A stretch of DNA of 64,000 bases, from contig CM121341.1 in assembly GCA_051530055.1 (NCBI GenBank), positions 5,062,784 to 5,126,783 on the forward strand, in the 5' to 3' direction. Each line of letters begins with the position of its first letter. The first letter of the stretch is position 1. Below, piece by piece: positions 46,898 to 57,901 of the stretch. Source of the DNA: Neoechinorhynchus agilis (Eukaryota; Animalia; Acanthocephala). Both the position numbers and the translations under genes were made by a program. The notes under the pieces are model-generated. The model worked only from the letters and a program-made list of their open reading frames with translations, was not told the origin of the DNA and ran no database searches.

Positions 46898-48061
46898 ACA
46901 AGTTTGGCGTTCTTTTGACCTTGAAGGTGTATCGGTCACTAGCTTGCAATTTCTGTTTAAGTTTAAATTAGCGATGTTTGATTATGAAAAGAGATTTATC
47001 TTGAAAATTTTCGACCTTTTCGTTGGCTTTGTTCAGTCAATTGTTTTCGAGATGGAAATGAATCATTTCTTTGTAATTTCTGCATTTCGAGGGAATATCT
47101 TTAGGTTTAATAGAAAATGTTTTATTCAATTTTTTACACTTATTCTCTGGGCACACTGTAGAAACATCTTTATCCTCTATTGCTTCATGAATCGCTGATT
47201 CTTCAATAAAAATATTTGACTTCACGGGGTTTGAAAGACCTTAGATTTTCCAAATCTGTTGAACAACTTCCTAACGAACAAAACAGGCGAATTGGAAAAA
47301 ATTGCAATAATTCATAATATTCACGATTTAACCATGAGACGTATTTCCAATCACTTAAAATTTTATTTCTCAAAAAAATCACTAAATTCAGCGCCGCAAT
47401 CATCCCCAAAAGCTATTCTCGCCGGATTTCTAATATTCTGGAGAAATGCTGCCGAGCGAAGATCCTTCGTGATAATCCTCGTAGGGCTTAAGATTTCGCT
47501 ATTGAATTTCATCGCCGGTCTCCGCTCTAAAGGAGGAAAACGTTGAAATCTATGGACCGGGTCATTCTTCGCAATATTGGCGTTCGATTTGGCCGATGGG
47601 CCATTTCCGTCGGACCGAGGGAAAAACTCCCAAACCACCCGGACGCTTGCCGTTCGATTCGCAAAGGTTCATGTGGGTTAAAAAGTTATTGGGAACATGA
47701 ATCGGCGTGTCCCGGACGTCCACTTTCAAGACACTAAACTTTGATTTTCATTTAAAGTCAAATAAAATTGAGAAAATTCCTTGAAACTTTTACCAGGAGC
47801 GCTCTCGAAACCCGTTAAGATCCAATACTTCAAACATTTAGCCATAATTTTAAACAAGAGATGTCAGAAAAGTTATTACAGGGATAACTGAATTGTGACG
47901 GCTAGGTTTCCAATATGGAATCCTCAATCGAAAAACACAATTTTTAACTTATTCCATAGATGGTAGCGCGTGTCCAAACGATCAAAAGTGAATTTTTGAC
48001 GATTCTGACCGTTAAAATCGTGGTTCTTGGCGAAAAAATAAGTCTATATCACGCTTTGTAG

Positions 48062-48756
48062 ATGTCGAACGTCGCAGAACGTATCGATGAGCTCGAGATG
48101 AAGTATTTGACGGTTTGATTGACGTTATAAAAAGTTTGTTCGGTAGCCTCAACAGGACGATCTTAGCGAAATGGAACAATTTGAATTGGGAGTTTTGTGT
48201 ATACTCACTGAGAATAGGTTTAAATTTTGCTTTTAGCAAAATAGAATAACTTCATTTCTTTGAGTGGTAATTTCGCAATGCTAAAAAAGAGAATCGGGGA
48301 CGATGTGTTGAACAGATTAAACGAATTTGGAAAAAAATGGGCTTTGGCTGATTTCTTGGGTTCATTAGAAATTATTAATTCGATTCAAAGTAGTAGTACT
48401 TTACTGAAGGGTGAGATGCTTTCTGTTCTATGGTTTTTTTAGAAATCTTCTTAGACACATACAGAGAACGGTTTTTATCGAGGCTTAAAGAAGACGAACT
48501 TAGTTTTTCCGTTAACAAAATTTCCGAATATCTCGGAATATCGGTTGATGATGGCCAAAAATGTAAGTTCAATCGATTACGTCCAAATGACGAACAATCC
48601 GCTTTTTTAGTTATCAAGCAGCTCGGTTGGTTCGAACAAGATGGAGAAGTTAAGACCGAAAAGGTTCCAAAACGAGATTGGCATAACGATCACAAAGATG
48701 AAAAAACCAGTCTAAATGAAATGAGAAGGCTTGTTAGATCATTACTGGATACTTAA
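48062..48756 (+). CDS. COPS8: COP9 signalosome subunit 8-like (PCI), about 180 aa, 5 exons with introns of about 32-48 nt
   Basis: Spliced product ..MLKKRI..FGKKWALADF..FLDTYRERFL...ISEYLGISVDDG..IKQLGW aligns by eye with CSN8 (LWKRIP..GQRIWQRDF..LRDATRRRAF..FAAFVGLPVEEA..EQGW). Confidence 0.72.
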
Positions 48757-49165
48757 GTTGCTCGATGGTTTGTGTGTGTGCGCCAAATAAGTTGACATTT
48801 CGGTATTGATTCCTTTATTCCGTCAATTTATTACCAATTCAAGGGTCAAACCGAAATGTTGAAATAATCACACGTTTAAACATTGAATTGTTCGTGCTCA
48901 TTTTTTATGTGGGCTAAATTTTAAACTAATTGAATCCGATTGATTTCGGAAGTCCAAACTTTTACGACTTTCTCAAAGTTGCTTTTAAATTTTCTACAAA
49001 ACTGAATGTTGGCAGCGTAATGATGACTGCGGCGCTCATTTGAAGCTAACAACAATAAATGACGACAATTCAAAAAAATTAGCTATATTTCCGATACACA
49101 TTAAAAAATGAAACAAAGTTCACTTCTTTAAAATTAAGAAAACTTTTCTAAATTTCTAACAAAGA

Positions 49166-50146
49166 TTACAAATACACAATTTCTCCATCAATTACAAATG
49201 GAAGCAATGCCAATTTCGGTGTTGTTTGTTCATTGACGTCCGCATTCAGGATACGATGCTTGGAACCATTTGACGGGCATTCCTCGTCCGTTGATGGACG
49301 TTTGGTTCCATGCAAAAGTCTTCGATTGGTGGAATCAATGTTCGTTGTCGATAATTGAGTCGGTTTTGACCTTGAACACCGACTATTGGATTCTGGGAAG
49401 GTTAATGGATTTAACCAATTAGGAATCATTTGATCCTCACAGTTTATGAACGATTCAATATGAGGACGCTTCACTGGCAAAGTTCTAATATCTGGAAACG
49501 TCGTGTTTAATGGACATTGACGCTTTTGAGCCATTTCTCTTTTATCTCTCGGCCCTGATGATGCCATTCGATCTTTTGGACTACGGATCATTCGAATTCC
49601 GTTGAAATCATCAATGGAACTTTGCCGTGGTGCACTAATTTTAAACGCGGAATTCTGCATAGCAATTTCACCCGGACGCAAGTATTCGAAGGAATTTCTT
49701 AGGAACTCTTCAAATGATTCCTCTTCATCATCAGGAAGTGGAATCTCGATCGCTTCTTCTAAAATGCTCCCTGTATCGTTTTTCCTGAGCTCCGAGGTCG
49801 TTATCTCCTTACTCTCCGTTTGTTTTATGCAAATATCCGGGCTGGATAAACCTTTCTCTCTTTCGTCTAACACTTCTTCAATACGATTTAACAATTCTAT
49901 TATCAAATCAAGAAGATCGTCGCTCTCGTCATCAGCACTGAGCCTTCTTATAAAATATTCGATATCCAATTCCTTTATATCAGAAGCTGTGATATTCCTT
50001 TTGAGTATTTCTCGAATGAGTTTCTCAGCCATTTCTTCATTTCTTATAACAAACATCTCATCTGCATTTAGTTTCAGGGCGGTAAATAAATCCTCAAGGG
50101 TAGTTTTCTTTACTGGAGATTCTTTGCATTTAGTTTGAGACATCAT
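49166..50146 (-). CDS. Orphan family A, intact (326 aa)
   Basis: Uninterrupted ORF: helical N-terminus, acidic patch, disordered tail. Confidence 0.8.
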   Translation of the reverse strand: MMSQTKCKESPVKKTTLEDLFTALKLNADEMFVIRNEEMAEKLIREILKRNITASDIKELDIEYFIRRLSADDESDDLLDLIIELLNRIEEVLDEREKGLSSPDICIKQTESKEITTSELRKNDTGSILEEAIEIPLPDDEEESFEEFLRNSFEYLRPGEIAMQNSAFKISAPRQSSIDDFNGIRMIRSPKDRMASSGPRDKREMAQKRQCPLNTTFPDIRTLPVKRPHIESFINCEDQMIPNWLNPLTFPESNSRCSRSKPTQLSTTNIDSTNRRLLHGTKRPSTDEECPSNGSKHRILNADVNEQTTPKLALLPFVIDGEIVYL

Positions 50147-51633
50147 TGCTTTCTCTTATCGCTGTGTTTCTTTGTCTCTTTTCAACCGCTCACCGCAACC
50201 ATAATCGGTTTTTTCGTTGCAAATGTTGTTTGTTATTTTGTATTTTGAACAACAGTTTCGCCTATTAAATCTGTTTGTTATTTGGCCTAATCGAAAACAA
50301 GTGAGATAATTAGTGAGACTTTAAGAACTCTCAGTTTTCGATTAATCGGAGCGAGTTTCTATGTTGAACCGAAAAAATCAACGTTCCAATGACCCATTCA
50401 AAAATAACGAGAAAAACGTTTTTGAGAACATTAAATCAAATAATTTAATAAATTTTATGATCCAGGTCGCGTCATTTACTCGCTTAATCCTCAATACTTT
50501 TAAAATAAGGCTGCATATCGATTTTGGACATTAATAATCTTCAGAGAATATATTTCGGGATGATAGAATTATATTTGAAATATTGGGCTCGAGTGCGCTC
50601 GGGATCGCTATACCCGAAGTTCAGCGAAAATGTATCCGTTCCTTGCGTTTTCCATTGATTTTTAACACGTCGCTGGTCCTCAGAGCGCATATTTCTGCTC
50701 TTTGGTTCTTCTTTCAAAATTGTTTGTTTGGCCTACGTAGGATTTAATGCATTCGCTGCAGGGAATTATGTTAATCTCGTTTCTTAACCAAGGATCTTAA
50801 TGATTTAGCATTCGTCGTTTAGATACAACACTCGAGGTTTTTTGTGGGCAGCTCTATTAATCAGATTGTTAATTGCAGTGAATAAATCATCATCGACGAA
50901 ATGGTGCACCCGAGGAGGAGGTGTTCTTCATCAATAATTTTCCTTCCTTCATCGGGGTATTTCGTCCCCTTTTCGCCATGAGTCATCGGTTATTGTGGAT
51001 TTTAAACTCTTTGACCCACTCCAAACAGGGATTCTTGCCCAAAGTCCACTATACCATCTCTAAACAACTTTATAAAATGCACAAACTGTTCCATTTTTTC
51101 AGTTTAATCCAATTATTTAATTATTTTTAAGTTTTTAAGCGTTGAAGTGAACATTGCTTACACGGCTGATTTCTTGGCCACAACACAATCAAACCGATAT
51201 CTTGGATCAACCAATCTTTTCGCGTCATTTCTGTTTAAACCGACCGGTCCAACGATTATTAGTTATTCCATCAAATTGTTCCTTCGAGTTGATCTGTATT
51301 CTCCATGTCGAATTGTTACACACTCGAACTTTATTATTGAACTCTTCATTGCGAATTTCTAAGACTTCAGCCTCCTTCTCAAGCATTGTTTTGGGAGGAA
51401 AAATACAAGAAAGCTTTGTGTTATCGAAAAAGTTCTTTAATTACGAGAATAGATATTGATTTATTAATTCCCAATATTTCGTCTGTTTCGTCGGACGTCT
51501 TCAGGTTCCTGGTAAAAAAACTAAATATCTATTAAAATATATAAATTACACTCGAGATTCAAAAATAAGAAAAAAAGGTTTAATAAACATTTAAAGTCTG
51601 TGGTGAATATACTCGCCCGGTTAACGATTCTAC

Positions 51634-51724
51634 TTTTTTTTATAGCGAATTCCAATAATTGATTCCTACGCGAAGGCCGAAAATTATCAAATCAATCAAT
51701 TATTTGATAATTCGCTATAAAAAA
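51634..51724. mobile_element. Internally deleted copy of the 31488 MITE
   Basis: Same TIR (ttttttatagcgaatt...aattcgctataaaaaa) and the right inner arm tacgcgaaggccgaaaattatc. Confidence 0.85.
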
Positions 51725-51928
51725 GTAAATGATGAACATCTTTACAAGATTAAAGGTTCTTCTTATCGAAATGGAATATTTCGAAAGAAAACATGGTTCT
51801 TTTCTATGTTTTGTCAACAGCTTCCAACAAGGTTCGGGGATTCGCTTGGTTGGTTTCAAAGATTTACCATCTCGAGATGGATTTTCTCGATAACGAAAAA
51901 AATCTCACATGAAACACCGTTTTATTGT

Positions 51929-52297
51929 TCAAATGAACGCCTTCGACCACTCGTTCAAGGCATAGGCACAGTTATTCGCGTTTTTCTTTGTTGAACCAAA
52001 TTCTTCCATGAGCCATTCAGTAAAAGCTTCAGAATCCTTTTTCAACAATAAAAATTGGCCCAGAAGCATGTAAGCCTTTTCGAACCCAAGTTTAGTTAAT
52101 TTTGAGCCGGTCACTTCACCGATGCCCGGAACACTCGTAACGTCTTTATCCGCTAACGGTTCGCAAATGAATTCATCGTGCTTTTTCGAGGTTGATTTTA
52201 TAACTGGACTCAACATTTGCTCACTGGATGAGTCCATCGGACCCGACGAAATCGAATAAGACGAGTTAAATGAACGTTCCATCAAATGATGTTTCAC
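51929..52297 (-). CDS. BANF1: Barrier-to-autointegration factor (start codon uncertain)
   Basis: STSKKHDEFICEP..VPGIGEVTG..GFEKAYMLLGQFLLLKKD..F.EWL..C..AL.EW..F. Confidence 0.95.
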   Translation of the reverse strand: MKHHLMERSFNSSYSISSGPMDSSSEQMLSPVIKSTSKKHDEFICEPLADKDVTSVPGIGEVTGSKLTKLGFEKAYMLLGQFLLLKKDSEAFTEWLMEEFGSTKKNANNCAYALNEWSKAFI

Positions 52298-52358
52298 TTA
52301 ATTGCGCCCTCAATTAAATCGGTATTGTCTTTTTGATTTCTTCCGTATTTTGGCATCT

Positions 52359-54407
52359 ATGACGTTTCAGTTGGGAAAAACAACGTTCTGCCACGCGTCC
52401 ATCGGTTTGTGTCGTCGTCTGTGTCCATGGCAGAGAATCCTGATTTGTTTGGTGATTGTTTCGTTGATTTCGGCTCCTTTTTTTCATTGGTCCAAAAATT
52501 CCTGGTCACTTTTGAGGATAAGCCACATTCAGAACTTTCACGAATCTTATCAAACTCACAAGAAAACTAGTGCCTTTCAGCTCCATTCGACGTTATTTGG
52601 TTCATTGACCACTGAACAAAGTAAACTTTGCGGCTTTCCATCATCGTGAGTATCCTTTTCCCCATACTGCGCTTTTTCGAACAAAATTTACATAATTTAA
52701 ATTGATAATGATTGTATTTTGTTCGAAAAAGCTGTTTTTTGCACGAAATATTTTTGAAATTCCTTTTATTCTCGTTTCTCCGGTCAGGGGTTCGATTCCT
52801 TCAAAGACCATTTATTCTAAAATTGTTCTTTTAAAGTGGAATCATTCTTCTTGAATGAAAACGTGAATACTTTCACGATTTTTAATAGTGAAAACAACAC
52901 GTCTTTGAGATTCCTTTTATTCGTTTGCCAGGTCAGGGGTTCGATTCCTTCAAAGACCATTTAATCTAAAATTGTTCTTTGAAAGTGGAATCATTTTTCT
53001 TGAATGAAAACGTGAATACTTTCACCCTTTTTAATAGTGAAAACAACACGTCTTTGAGATTCCTTTTATTCGTTTGCCAGGTCAGGGGTTCGATTCCTTC
53101 AAAGACCATTTAATCTAAAATTGTCCTTTAAAAGTGGAATCATTTTTCTTGAATGAAAGCGTGAATACTTTCACCCTTTTTAATAGTGAAAGAAGAACAC
53201 GTTTTTGAGATTCCTTTTATTCGTTTGCCCGGTCAGGGGTTCGATTCCTTCAAAGACCATTTATTCTAAAATTGTTCTTTAAAAGTGGAATCATTTTTCT
53301 TGAATGAAAACGTGAATACTTTCACGATTTTTAATAGTGAAAACAACACGTCTTTGAGATTCCTTTTATTCGTTTGCCAGGTCATGGGTTCGATTCCTTC
53401 AAAGACCATTTATTCTAAAATTGTTCTTTAAAAGTGGAATCATTTTTCTTGAATGAAAACGTGAATACTTTCACCCTTTTTAATAGTGAAAACAACACGT
53501 TTTTGAGATTCCTTTTATTCGTTTGCCAGGTCAGGGGTTCGATTCCTTCAAAGACCATTTATTCTAAAATTGTTCTTTAAAAGTGGAATCATTTTTCTTG
53601 AATGAAAACGTGAATACTTTCACGATTTTTAATAGTGAAAACAACACGTCTTTGAGATTCCTTTTATTCGTTTGCCAGGTCAGGGGTTCGATTCCTTCAA
53701 AGACCATTTATTCTAAAATTGTCCTTTAAAAGTGGAATCATTTTTCTTGAATGAAAACGTGAATACTTTCACCCTTTTTAATAGTGAAAGAACAACACGT
53801 TTTTGAGATTCCTTTTATTCGTTTGCCAGGTCAGGGGTTCGATTCCTTCAAAGACCATTTATTCTAAAATTGTCCTTTAAAAGTGGAATCATTTTTCTTG
53901 AATGAAAACGTGAATACTTTCACCCTTTTTAATAGTGAAAACAACACGTCTTTGAGATTCCTTTTATTCGTTTGCCAGGTCAGGGGTTCGATTCCTTCAA
54001 AGACCATTTATTCTAAAATTGTTCTTTAAAAGTGGAATCATTTTTCTTGAATGAAAACGTGAATACTTTCACGATTTTTAATAGTGAAAACAACACGTCT
54101 TTGAGATTCCTTTTATTCGTTTGCCAGGTCAGGGGTTCGATTCCTTCAAAGACCATTTATTCTAAAATTGTCCTTTAAAAGTGGAATCATTTTTCTTGAA
54201 TGAAAACGTGAATACTTTCACCCTTTTTAATAGTGAAAGAAGAACACGTTTTTGAGATTCCTTTTATTCGTTTGTCCTGTGTTCAGTTTTCAAACTACTC
54301 CAATGAATTCTAGTCCAAGTTCTAAAAGATTTCCTCATTTTCCCGACCGAGCAGTCAAAAGAGTTCAACGTAACTTTAGTGGGCCTCATAAGAATCTTTC
54401 ATTGTGA
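52359..54407 (+). CDS. Predicted two-exon small type-II membrane protein (52359-52645 + 54287-54407, about 135 aa)
   Basis: TM segment ILICLVIVSLISAPFF; GTGAGT donor at 52646 (phase 2) and TTCAG acceptor at 54286 give an open second exon. No recognised family. Confidence 0.35.
52770..54274 (+). repeat. Tandem repeat, 149-bp unit, 10 copies, each with a tRNA T-arm/B-box (AGGTCAGGGGTTCGATTCC)
   Basis: TTCGATTCC at about 52791, 52940, 53089 ... 54135. Confidence 0.95.
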
Positions 54408-54436
54408 AGAGTCCATTTTTCTAATTTCAGAGTGAG

Positions 54437-56253
54437 ATGCAGCAAGATTCTGCGCCGAATCATTCCGCTAATTATGGAAAAATTAAGGTATATACATTGA
54501 AGTGGACTTAAGATAAATCTTCATTTTCTAAAACAGGAATATCTATGGAATCATAAACTTGAATGTTTTCAATTCGTTCTTCGTATTGCTTGTGTTTTCC
54601 ATGCATTTCGATTTATGTTCATGTTCGGATACCCAATTGAAAGACGAAAATTCTACAGGCGTTCATTGCGTATGGCTGGTGCAGTATCTTTGATTCGCTT
54701 AAAAGTACGATTTCTCGTTTCGATCGAGAAATCGTGCTATAAACCAACGATTGCAAGAATCACCTCGTCCTCAAGGCGCAACTTTGGACTTTATGGCATT
54801 GTTTAAAAGAATGTTCGTGGAAGACAGCTTTCACTACGTTATATATTCGTTAATGATGAGCGCATACCCTACTTCGTTGACCGTCGCACTCGTCCCCATC
54901 ACGATATTCGCAATCGTACAATCACTTCAATGGCTACTTACCATTGTCAGATTGTCCGAAAGTGACCGTTCGTCACATGATCACTCCGATTTGTTCAACA
55001 AAACTACTGCCGCCCAAAACGTTCTAAAATCACGGCAATCCATTGCGTTCGAACTCGCTGCATTCGGTGAAATATTCTTACTGCTAGCGCTCGCTATGGA
55101 CTTGGCCGTAAGGTCAGTAAAATGTTCGCGAATTTGATATGGTTTGGTCAGATCATAGGTAAAAATGTTAATCCCCGAAAACATCCTAGAGGAAATGGAC
55201 GATAATAATAAAGGAATCTTGAACCGGGATTATGCTCACCATTAAAAGTTTCGATTTTTTATCATCGGTAAAGAAAATCCTTCAGGGTAATCAAAGTTTA
55301 TACTTTTGGTGAAAATAATCAACCGGCCACCCACAAAGATATTTGATTTGTAGGGAAAATATTTCGCGAACACCTAAATTTCGCCTCTATAAAAATCAAG
55401 GGAAAAAGTAGTCTGAGCTTCGGGTTTGGCGATCCCGAGCGCCCTCACCCATTTTTAGATAGGTTACCTTCTCGCGAAATATTTCCCCTACAAATCAAAT
55501 ATCTTTGTGGGTGGCCGGTTGATTATTTTCACCAAAAGTTCACTAATTTATCCATAGAAAATCCTTCAGGTTAATCAAAGTTTATACTTTTTGGTGAAAA
55601 TCACAAAGACATTTGATTTATAGAGGAAATATTTCGCTAGGAGCTAAGCTGCATATGGATTTTGGGCATTAATCATCGACAGAGAAAATCCTTCGGGATG
55701 ATTTATAGAGGAAATATTTCGCTCGGAGTTAAACTTCGTCTCTATAAAAATCAAGGAAAAAAGTAGTCTGAACTTTCGGTTTAACTAATCCCGAGCGCCC
55801 TGGAGCATAAAATCTTAATATGTAAAACCCATTGAAGAGGGCAGGTTACCTCCTCACTTTTCCCCCATAAATCAAATATGCGATGACCGGGGGATTATTT
55901 AGATTCTTTTATTAATTTCGCGTCGGTTTAATTGCAAAATTTAAACAATAAAACATTCTCTACCGTTTGAAGACCAAACCAACAAATTTACGACCAATTT
56001 TTAAACCGAAATCAAGTTTTTCTTTTAATTTAGGCGTCCTGGTATTTTGATGACAATCACGTTTCTTAGCTCCTACCTTCAATTCCTCAAACTGCGTTAC
56101 CGTTCAATGAGAAATCGGTACACCCGCGATGTGTTCGCGAAACTCAAGCACACAACTCAATGCTACACCATCCATTCTTCCACTTGCCCTGAACTGATCA
56201 AGAAAATTACTGCTTACGTCATCAATGGAATCGAAGCCATGTCTGCTCTATGA
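54437..56253 (+). CDS. TMEM33: TMEM33/Pom33; exons about 54437-54487, 54537-54704, 54745-55112, 56034-56253
   Basis: FYRRSL, LIRL.QRL, EDSFHYVIYSL, LVPITIFA, FGEIFLL and FLKLRYRSMRNRYTR..CP match TMEM33. Confidence 0.88.
55300..55542. mobile_element. Foldback/MITE-like element with inverted arms of about 70 bp in TMEM33 intron 3
   Basis: acttttggtgaaaataatcaaccggccacccacaaagatatttgatttgtaggg..tcgcga versus its reverse complement at 55472-55542. Confidence 0.75.
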
Positions 56254-56564
56254 TTTGAGAATGTGCGCTAGTAAAGTAACGATAATTTTATTTGGAGCGT
56301 CTCGCCTTATCAATCATTGTTTTCGATTTACAAAGTTTACTTGAATTTAAAAAGAAAAGTTCCGATAAATATCGCTCATCGAACGTCTATGGACGTGTAA
56401 AAAAAGATGAGCGTAAATAATCAGTGGCGTTTTTGGGGTGCTGTTTAATAAAAGTTTTAAAATGCACCTTCGTTCCAGTCACGACAATTAATCTCGTTAT
56501 TCATCAAGAGAAAATCATCCGGGATAGCTTTTAGTTATTAAAAAACATCCATGCAACTGCTCTG

Positions 56565-56925
56565 GATGATGTAACGGTCAAAAGGACGGATTCAGCGTTC
56601 CAACAATGTTCCTGTCCTCGGATCATCTGAGTCTCTTGGACAATTGATTGATCAGCTTCCTTGCAACGGTACAAAACGATCTGAATGTCTCATTGCCAAA
56701 GGGAACGAAATAATGATTTCTAATCTTTTCGGGATCCTCAAAGGTGGTCACTGCTCCCATTGTCAGGTTTAACAACGGCGAATTTTATGTTGGTGGCTGC
56801 TCGCCGAGGAAACATTCTGACACCGTCCGGTCTATCGCCATCGATCGAGTCGGCAAAAATAGATTGACTCTAGGATGTTCTTTTCGAATTCCCAGTATTC
56901 TGGGCACGACTGAGAGAATCGCGTA
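56565..56925 (-). mobile_element. Decayed CRE remnant; near-identical inverted copy of 24479-24833
   Basis: Mirrored ORFs 24415-24660 and 56744-56926; only a few substitutions by eye. Confidence 0.85.
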
Positions 56926-57439
56926 ACCGTCAACTTTCCCACCCTCCAGAACTCGGGATCCACTCCAAAATCAACAGCCACATTCATTTTTACCTATCAG
57001 TAATCGCACTTCCCTATACCTCCGCTCCTTTTTCTATGCTGCCCAATCTTCTTGGATGTCGAGACCGGAAATGAACCTGAGGAGAGACCCAACCTCAGAA
57101 ACTCCCCAGAAAACAATAACCGTCAACTTTCCCAACACCGCCCGAACTCGGGATCCACTCCAAAATCAACAGCCATATCCGCTCCTTTTTCCAAACTGAC
57201 CAAAAAATTAAACGACTGAGCTCTTCAAATTCCGTTTTTTTTTCGATCAGGTCTCTTAGCTGTAACGTTTTGTATTTTTAGACGAATTCTTATATAATAT
57301 TCTGCGTACATTTCGGCCCAGAGAAACCGATATCGTTTGAGATTCGCGAAAAGACGACACCTATTGTTTATTAGGTTCGACCGTTTTGGTCATGAGAGAA
57401 CAAACAGTCACACACACGCACACTAATCTCCGAGACAGC

Positions 57440-57901
57440 CTAGAATCGCTCTCCTCGAATGCGGCGAGCGAGCTGTATGTCCTTGGGCATGATCGTAACG
57501 CGTTTTGCATGGATCGCGCATAGATTGGTGTCCTCGAACAAAGAGACAAGATAAGCTTCAGCAGCTTCCTGTAGAGCTCCAATAGCCGCAGACTGGAATC
57601 GCAAGTCCGTCTTGAAGTCCTGAGCGATTTCTCGTACTAGTCGTTGGAACGGCAGCTTTCGAATCAATAGTTCGGTCGATTTCTGGTAGCGTCTAATCTC
57701 ACGCAATGCAACCGTTCCTGGGCGGAACCTATGGGGTTTCTTTTGTCCTGCAGCTCCAGATACACCTGCACCACCACCACCACCAGCGGGACCACCTATC
57801 GCACCGCCCGGTGCTGTTTTACGAGCTGCTTTAGTGGCTAGCTGCTTCCTAGGGGCCTTTCCACCCGTCGACTTCTTCGCAGTTTGCTTAGTTCGAGCCA
57901 T
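57440..57901 (-). CDS. H3: Histone H3.3-like variant with a 17-aa Gly/Ala-rich tail insertion
   Basis: Canonical histone fold with the H3.3 AAIG motif; tail ..[39 protein letters not shown]; 153 aa. Confidence 0.95.
   Translation of the reverse strand: MARTKQTAKKSTGGKAPRKQLATKAARKTAPGGAIGGPAGGGGGAGVSGAAGQKKPHRFRPGTVALREIRRYQKSTELLIRKLPFQRLVREIAQDFKTDLRFQSAAIGALQEAAEAYLVSLFEDTNLCAIHAKRVTIMPKDIQLARRIRGERF

Larger units (their letters stand above)
45114..50909. repeat. Right arm of the large inverted repeat
   Basis: See left arm. Confidence 0.95.

Noticed and set aside
50915-51420. Guanylate-kinase/MAGUK-like remnant on the minus strand (IIVGPVGLNRNDAKRL)
   Set aside because: One short resemblance in a stop-interrupted region is not enough evidence.
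52650-52660. U12-type donor GTATCCTTTT
   Set aside because: It overlaps a good U2 donor (GTGAGT) that gives an open frame, and no TCCTTAAC branch point lies near either candidate acceptor.
52770-54274. Tandem tRNA genes
   Set aside because: Only the T-arm/B-box is present; no D-arm/A-box, anticodon arm or acceptor stem could be folded.
57440-57901. CENP-A/CenH3
   Set aside because: The histone fold and loop 1 are canonical H3 with no CATD divergence.
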